Assembly (NCBI GenBank): GCA_964348415.1 | Contig: CAYGCR010000010.1 | Location: forward strand, 2,385 to 66,384 | Source: an uncultured Ignavibacteria bacterium | GTDB taxonomy: Bacteria > Zixibacteria > MSB-5A5 > SM1-73 | Direction of reading: 5' to 3' | Length of the DNA stretch: 64,000 nucleotides | Shown here: piece after piece, positions 59,673-64,000 of the stretch | Layout of the letters: each line of letters opens with the position of its first letter | Position numbering within the stretch: position 1 is the stretch's first letter | The notes under the pieces: generated by a model | What the model was told of the DNA's origin: nothing | Seen by the model: the letters and a program-made list of their open reading frames with translations, nothing else | Database searches by the model: none | Position numbers and translations under genes: made by a program

Positions 59673-59780
59673 TGTAACAAACTGGCACAGCTGTAACGCG
59701 ATCGTTACGCACGCCTTTGAGACCATTGTTACAACATGCGACCAGTAAAAGAGTTAATTTCTGTAACGGTTTTGTTACAG
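59673..59780. promoter_or_regulatory. Putative enhancer sites TGTAAC-N6-GTTAC(A/G)
   Basis: Palindromes at 59692-59709 and 59761-59780, plus half sites nearby. Confidence 0.6.
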
Positions 59781-59874
59781 AGTTTGGATTCGATTCTGCC
59801 GCCTGTTTGGGCATTCTGTGAGAAGATCTTGAATACAAAGGGATTCAAAAGGGGTAGGGTAAAGGCAGAGGAAT

Positions 59875-59890
59875 TGGCATACACTTTGCT
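59875..59890 (+). promoter_or_regulatory. Sigma54 (-24/-12) promoter
   Basis: TGGCATACACTTTGCT, with GG at 59876-77 and GC at 59888-89. Confidence 0.7.
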
Positions 59891-59974
59891 GCAGCTTGTG
59901 TTTGGCAGGTAACGATGGCGGGTGTAACAGAGTTATGACATGCCGTTGTTTATCCGATGAGGCGATAAACTAAG

Positions 59975-60337
59975 ATGACCTTAAAGGAGTTGCAAGATCA
60001 GATTCTGGAGGCGGCGCTTGAAGTTCACAAGAACATGGGATTGGGCTTTCAGGAATCCGCATACAGCCAAGCATTGGCGGTTGAACTCGACTTGAGAAAA
60101 ATCGACTACGAAAGAAAGAAAAATATCAAGTTATCATACAAGGGAAGTGTGGCCGGTGAGTATACCTTGGAATTTGTGGTGAGTGGAAAGATCATCGCCA
60201 TGGTCAAAGCCGACGAACCAATAAGCGACGCAGATGAATCTAAGATGCGAAGCTTCTTAAAGGCGACCAAACTGCCCCTGGGGATGATCCTTGATTTTGG
60301 CAAGCAGACTCTGGAAATAAAGAATGTGACGAGGTAG
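59975..60337 (+). CDS. GxxExxY protein (PD-(D/E)xK-fold family)
   Basis: EVHKNMGLGFQESAY motif; catalytic D and ExK positions appear changed (EFVV, AMVK). Confidence 0.88.
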   Translation: MTLKELQDQILEAALEVHKNMGLGFQESAYSQALAVELDLRKIDYERKKNIKLSYKGSVAGEYTLEFVVSGKIIAMVKADEPISDADESKMRSFLKATKLPLGMILDFGKQTLEIKNVTR

Positions 60338-60395
60338 AAGTACGGGCACACCTCAAAATAAGTCAACCCCAAAAGCCTGGAAGGAGGTGAAAAGA

Positions 60396-60482
60396 GTGCC
60401 AGCAAAGAGGAAAGCCGCCAAGAAAAAGACTGCGAAGAAGAGGACCACCAAGAAGAAAACTACCAGGAAAAGGAAAAAGTAA
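60396..60482 (+). CDS. 28-aa Lys/Arg-rich histone-H1-like peptide (MPAKRKAAKKKTAKKRTTKKKTTRKRKK)
   Basis: AAGGAGGTGA SD 5 nt before GTG; terminator immediately downstream; below the ORF-track cutoff. Confidence 0.75.
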   Translation: MPAKRKAAKKKTAKKRTTKKKTTRKRKK

Positions 60483-60506
60483 GCACCTGAGCACGGAGTT
60501 CAAGTT

Positions 60507-60538
60507 AAAAAACCCCGCCATGGAGGGCGGGGTTTTTT
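60507..60538 (+). terminator. Intrinsic terminator
   Basis: aaaaccccgcc-atggag-ggcggggtttttt. Confidence 0.8.
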
Positions 60539-60577
60539 ATTGACAATCTGCGAGGAATCGTTTTCCTTGATTGACCG

Positions 60578-61264
60578 ATGTTTGATGAACTTCTCCTGAT
60601 ATGCACGTTAGGCGGACTGGTTGCCCTTGACAAAACGGAGGCGTTCCAGTCCATGCTGTCCCAGCCTCTTTTCGTTGGTTCCACAGTCGGTCTATTGCTG
60701 AACGATCTTCCCAACGGCCTTGCCACCGGCGTGCTGTTTCAACTGGCGTACCTATGGGTCATGCCTATGGGAACTGCGGCTTTTCCTGATGCAGCGGTGG
60801 GGACGGTAGCAGGCTCATCCGGGTTTATCATCCTGAACAGCCTGTTTCCAGACAGATTCAATCTTATTCTCCCTATTATCCTGATTTTCGTCATACCATT
60901 CAGTCTGTTTGCGGGGTGGAGCTTGATCAAGCAGAGACAGCTCAACTCCCGACTTGTGCCAAAGGCTGACCTCTATGCCCAAGAAATCAAAATAAAAAGG
61001 TTCCGCTACCTTTTCTTTCTGGGGCTTGGCGGATCGTTTGTACGAGGATTCGTGATCACCGGTTCAGGATTGCTTTGCGTTCTGATTTTACTCAAACCTT
61101 TGGTCAAACTTTTCAGCTTCGTCCCAGAGTGGCATCTGATGAACATGGAAGTCCCCATCTGGGGACTGGGAATTGGCACCATGATTTATCTTTTCGGAAA
61201 AAGGAGGAATCTCTGGTGGGGCATCTGGGGAGGTTGTCTGGGAATTATTCTAATCTTGATTTAA
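60578..61264 (+). CDS. PTS mannose/fructose/sorbose family IIC component
   Basis: GGLVALD..QSMLSQPL..MPMGTAAFPD motifs. Confidence 0.8.
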   Translation: MFDELLLICTLGGLVALDKTEAFQSMLSQPLFVGSTVGLLLNDLPNGLATGVLFQLAYLWVMPMGTAAFPDAAVGTVAGSSGFIILNSLFPDRFNLILPIILIFVIPFSLFAGWSLIKQRQLNSRLVPKADLYAQEIKIKRFRYLFFLGLGGSFVRGFVITGSGLLCVLILLKPLVKLFSFVPEWHLMNMEVPIWGLGIGTMIYLFGKRRNLWWGIWGGCLGIILILI

Positions 61265-61284
61265 AAATCTTTCATGCTCGAACC

Positions 61285-62028
61285 ATGCGAAAGATCTCAA
61301 AGTTTGATCTTTTCCGTTTGTATGTGAGAAGCTTCTTCGTCCAGACCGGATGGACCTACGATAGAATGCTCGCTTTGGGCTTTGTCTGGATATTAACCCC
61401 TCTAGCAAGGAAGATTTGTTCGTCGGTGGCGGAAAAAGGGGAGTTTTTGAAACGACACCTGATGAGCTTCAATGCGAATCCGTATCTTGCCGGCTATGCG
61501 CTGGGAGCTGTGGCTAAATTGGAGGAGAGCAAAACGCATGGGGAGCAGATTTCCAGGTTCAAGGATTTGTTGCGGGGTCCTCTCGGAGCCTTGGGCGATA
61601 ACCTGATCTGGCAGAACTTCAGGCCGGCGCTGCTAATCCTGGGAATAATTTTGACGGATCGGTTCGGCGGTCTCGGCACTCTGTGCGTGTGGTTGATCTT
61701 CAATCTTTATCAAATCTACCTGCGGGCGCGCGGTATAGCGAAAGGGTACGAGCTGGGTTTGGGGATATCTTCAGAGCTCAACAAGGGACATCTGCAGAGT
61801 ATGACCAAATGGAGCGGTCGGATGGGAACATGCTTTCTGGGTATTCTGTTGGTCCTCAAATTCAATCAGGTGGCGGTAAAGTCATTTCAAGTGGAAAAGG
61901 TGATTCTGCTCGTGCTGTTTATTCTTCTGTCATTCTTAAGCTTCAAAAAAAACGCAAACCCCAGCTTAGTCCTGTTTCTCTTTCTGAGCTCTTTCCTGCT
62001 GGTAAAGTTAGTGGCTGGTCTGGTTTGA
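61285..62028 (+). CDS. PTS mannose/fructose/sorbose family IID component
   Basis: QTGWTYDRM, RHLMSFNANPY and GPLGALGDNLIW motifs. Confidence 0.88.
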   Translation: MRKISKFDLFRLYVRSFFVQTGWTYDRMLALGFVWILTPLARKICSSVAEKGEFLKRHLMSFNANPYLAGYALGAVAKLEESKTHGEQISRFKDLLRGPLGALGDNLIWQNFRPALLILGIILTDRFGGLGTLCVWLIFNLYQIYLRARGIAKGYELGLGISSELNKGHLQSMTKWSGRMGTCFLGILLVLKFNQVAVKSFQVEKVILLVLFILLSFLSFKKNANPSLVLFLFLSSFLLVKLVAGLV

Positions 62029-62317
62029 CGTATATATTGAATTTCTCCGCAGAGCCACAAGAAGACTAAAGACTTCACCGAGCAACAGGTTCTTGCTTAC
62101 CCAAGAGGTGATTGCTTGCAATTAAATGCATCGACGGTCAGGTCGATACTGAATGTGTATAGGAGCCCGATGCGTCTTATAAACCTAAGAAGACAGAAAA
62201 TGTTTAGCCGGGTGTCGCAGCTTTGACCGTCCCGAAAGAACAGCTGCTTCTGGTGCCGTGATCAAACCAACGTGATGAGTAAAGCCCCCAGCTTTTGAGG
62301 AGAAAACTGGACAAAAG

Positions 62318-63691
62318 ATGAGACGCGATTTGGCGAAAGAGAAGCCGGGCTCGGAGGGTCAACAAATGAGACCAATGGACCGAGTGCCTGTAGGTAGCAT
62401 CAACTGGTTGATTATTTATAGAATGGGACTTCTTGTGCTGGCTCTGGCGGGTATTGTCTTGTGTGCGCTGCGTTGCGGCGAGACGCCGGATTTTCGAGAA
62501 CGGGTTTTCTATTCGAAGATCAAGCAGCCGGCGGTGACAGTCAAGCTCCTTGAGACGAAAGATACCATTAGCGTAAGCTCCAACGGATCATTTGTCACAG
62601 GATGTTCACCTCCGAAGGCCGAGCGGTCCATCTGCCGTGCATCTGCTGAGATGCTGGTCAGACTTTCTGATGATGGCTTGACGTTAAGCCAGAAAACTCA
62701 AGGGGAGATGGAGACCGACCTGGACAAGGTGTCGTTTTCTTGCGCCGAAGATGGTTCTTACCTCTACCTGAACGGACGGCCCTACCGGGGTGCGCTGGAG
62801 ATAGCCCGGAGCAAGGGCCACAAACGGCTTTTGGCTGTCAATGTAGTGCACGTGGAAGACTACGTCAAAGGCGTGGTTGCGGCGGAGATGGGAAAATTGA
62901 GCCTGCAGGAACTGGAGGCACTCAAAGCTCAAGCGGTCGCCGCTCGAACTTACGCCCTCTCCCGGTCTGGACAGTACCTAGATAAGGGATTTGATCTGGA
63001 TGCCTCGGTTGTCGACCAAGCCTATGGGGGCGTTGAAGCGGAGGATCCTTTGGCGAATCTGGCTGTCGAGCTCACCAGGGGAGAGGTGTTAACTTATAAC
63101 GGAGAGCTCATCTGCGCCTACTACCATGCCAACAGCGGGGGCAAAACCGAATGCGTAGAAAGCGTATGGGACAAACCAAAACAAGATTACTTAATTCCCG
63201 TTGATGACGGGGATTTCTGTTCTTGGTCAGAAAGCTACACCTGGGTAGAGAGCTGGACGCAAGAAGCCTTGGAGAGGAATCTTAAGAAGTTCCTGACGCC
63301 ATCTGTGTCCAAAGGTGAGTCTGTGAACTTGGTCAACCTGCGTATAAGAAAGAGGTCCGTCTCGGGGAGGGTGGAAGTGTTGGACGTTGTTACCGATTGG
63401 GGAACTTATTCAATCCGGGGAGACAAGATCCGATGGGCCTTGAAAAGGGGAAGCGACCCCAATTCGATTTTACCCAGCACCTGGTTTGATCTCGAAATGG
63501 AAAGGAAAAGTGACGGCTCCATGCAACGAGTTATCGCCCGTGGCCGAGGCAAGGGTCATGGAGTGGGAATGTGCCAGACCGGCGCTATCGGCATGGCGCG
63601 CAAAGGATATTCCCACAAAGAGATATTGATGTGCTACTACCCAGGTGCCAGGATAGGGGAGCGTTATGGGAAAAGCAAGCCGCGAGTATAG
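62318..63691 (+). CDS. SpoIID/LytB-domain protein (lytic transglycosylase-like)
   Basis: EDYVKGVVAAEM, LKAQAVAARTYA and GHGVGMCQTGA motifs; true start uncertain. Confidence 0.9.
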   Translation: MRRDLAKEKPGSEGQQMRPMDRVPVGSINWLIIYRMGLLVLALAGIVLCALRCGETPDFRERVFYSKIKQPAVTVKLLETKDTISVSSNGSFVTGCSPPKAERSICRASAEMLVRLSDDGLTLSQKTQGEMETDLDKVSFSCAEDGSYLYLNGRPYRGALEIARSKGHKRLLAVNVVHVEDYVKGVVAAEMGKLSLQELEALKAQAVAARTYALSRSGQYLDKGFDLDASVVDQAYGGVEAEDPLANLAVELTRGEVLTYNGELICAYYHANSGGKTECVESVWDKPKQDYLIPVDDGDFCSWSESYTWVESWTQEALERNLKKFLTPSVSKGESVNLVNLRIRKRSVSGRVEVLDVVTDWGTYSIRGDKIRWALKRGSDPNSILPSTWFDLEMERKSDGSMQRVIARGRGKGHGVGMCQTGAIGMARKGYSHKEILMCYYPGARIGERYGKSKPRV

Positions 63692-63721
63692 GGGTCGGCT
63701 TTCTCAAGACTCCTGCAACCA

Positions 63722-64000
63722 TTAGCCCCTTCTGGTACTCAGCGCCTCGGCTGGTTTTCTTGAAGGATGAATTCTTACGATTGCGATACCGGCGAAGATG
63801 AGGCAAGCGCCCGCTATCTGAAAAGTGCTTAAAGTCTCGCCAAAGATAATGAATGCCAAAACTGATGCCACCACCACCTCCCACGTGGCAACGATTCCTG
63901 CCCGGCCGGCCTCCAGGTAGCGCAATCCCTTGGTGTACAGAGAATATCCTGCGAGGGTGGAGAATACAGCCAGCGCAAAAATCCACAGCCAGGTCACCGC
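63722..64000 (-). CDS. EamA/DMT family transporter, C-terminal part
   Basis: YSLYTKGLRYLEAGRAGIVATWE..FGETLS pattern; extends beyond the window. Confidence 0.85.
   Translation of the reverse strand, partial: AVTWLWIFALAVFSTLAGYSLYTKGLRYLEAGRAGIVATWEVVVASVLAFIIFGETLSTFQIAGACLIFAGIAIVRIHPSRKPAEALSTRRG

Noticed and set aside
196..63986. Numerous short antisense and alternate-frame ORFs, and the 5' extensions given in the ORF track
   Set aside because: They are shadows of well-supported genes with no RBS or motifs; starts were moved to positions supported by an RBS or signal peptide.

Overview
Bacterial chromosomal window (about 50% GC). Gene content (PorV-like, DUF2723, DUF4159, BtuB, multiheme cytochrome) suggests an FCB-related diderm such as candidate phylum Zixibacteria; this is inference only. 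The window opens inside a tightly coupled HerA-type ATPase / NurA-type nuclease / N4-cytosine methyltransferase cassette, a candidate restriction-like defence system. The rest is mostly envelope and housekeeping genes: TPR and GT-C glycosyltransferases, arsR-arsM, secDF, an M16 peptidase pair, lpdA, zupT, two ABC transporters, a cobalamin riboswitch with btuB, a QueD-like pterin cluster, an 11-heme CbcL-like cytochrome, pyrE, acpS, PTS IIC/IID and SpoIID. Signals missing from the ORF track include: (1) a 31-codon leader-peptide attenuator in front of an ABC-2 exporter; (2) a free-standing, about 180-nt rod-shaped ncRNA candidate; (3) a sigma54 promoter with palindromic enhancer sites driving a GxxExxY gene and a 28-aa Lys/Arg-rich peptide; (4) several REP/REPIN families, some nested; (5) a 3.3-kb tandem duplication carrying decayed NUDIX and cupin pseudogenes. 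No tRNA, rRNA, CRISPR array or intact transposase was recognised. All calls come from reading the sequence; no database searches were run.
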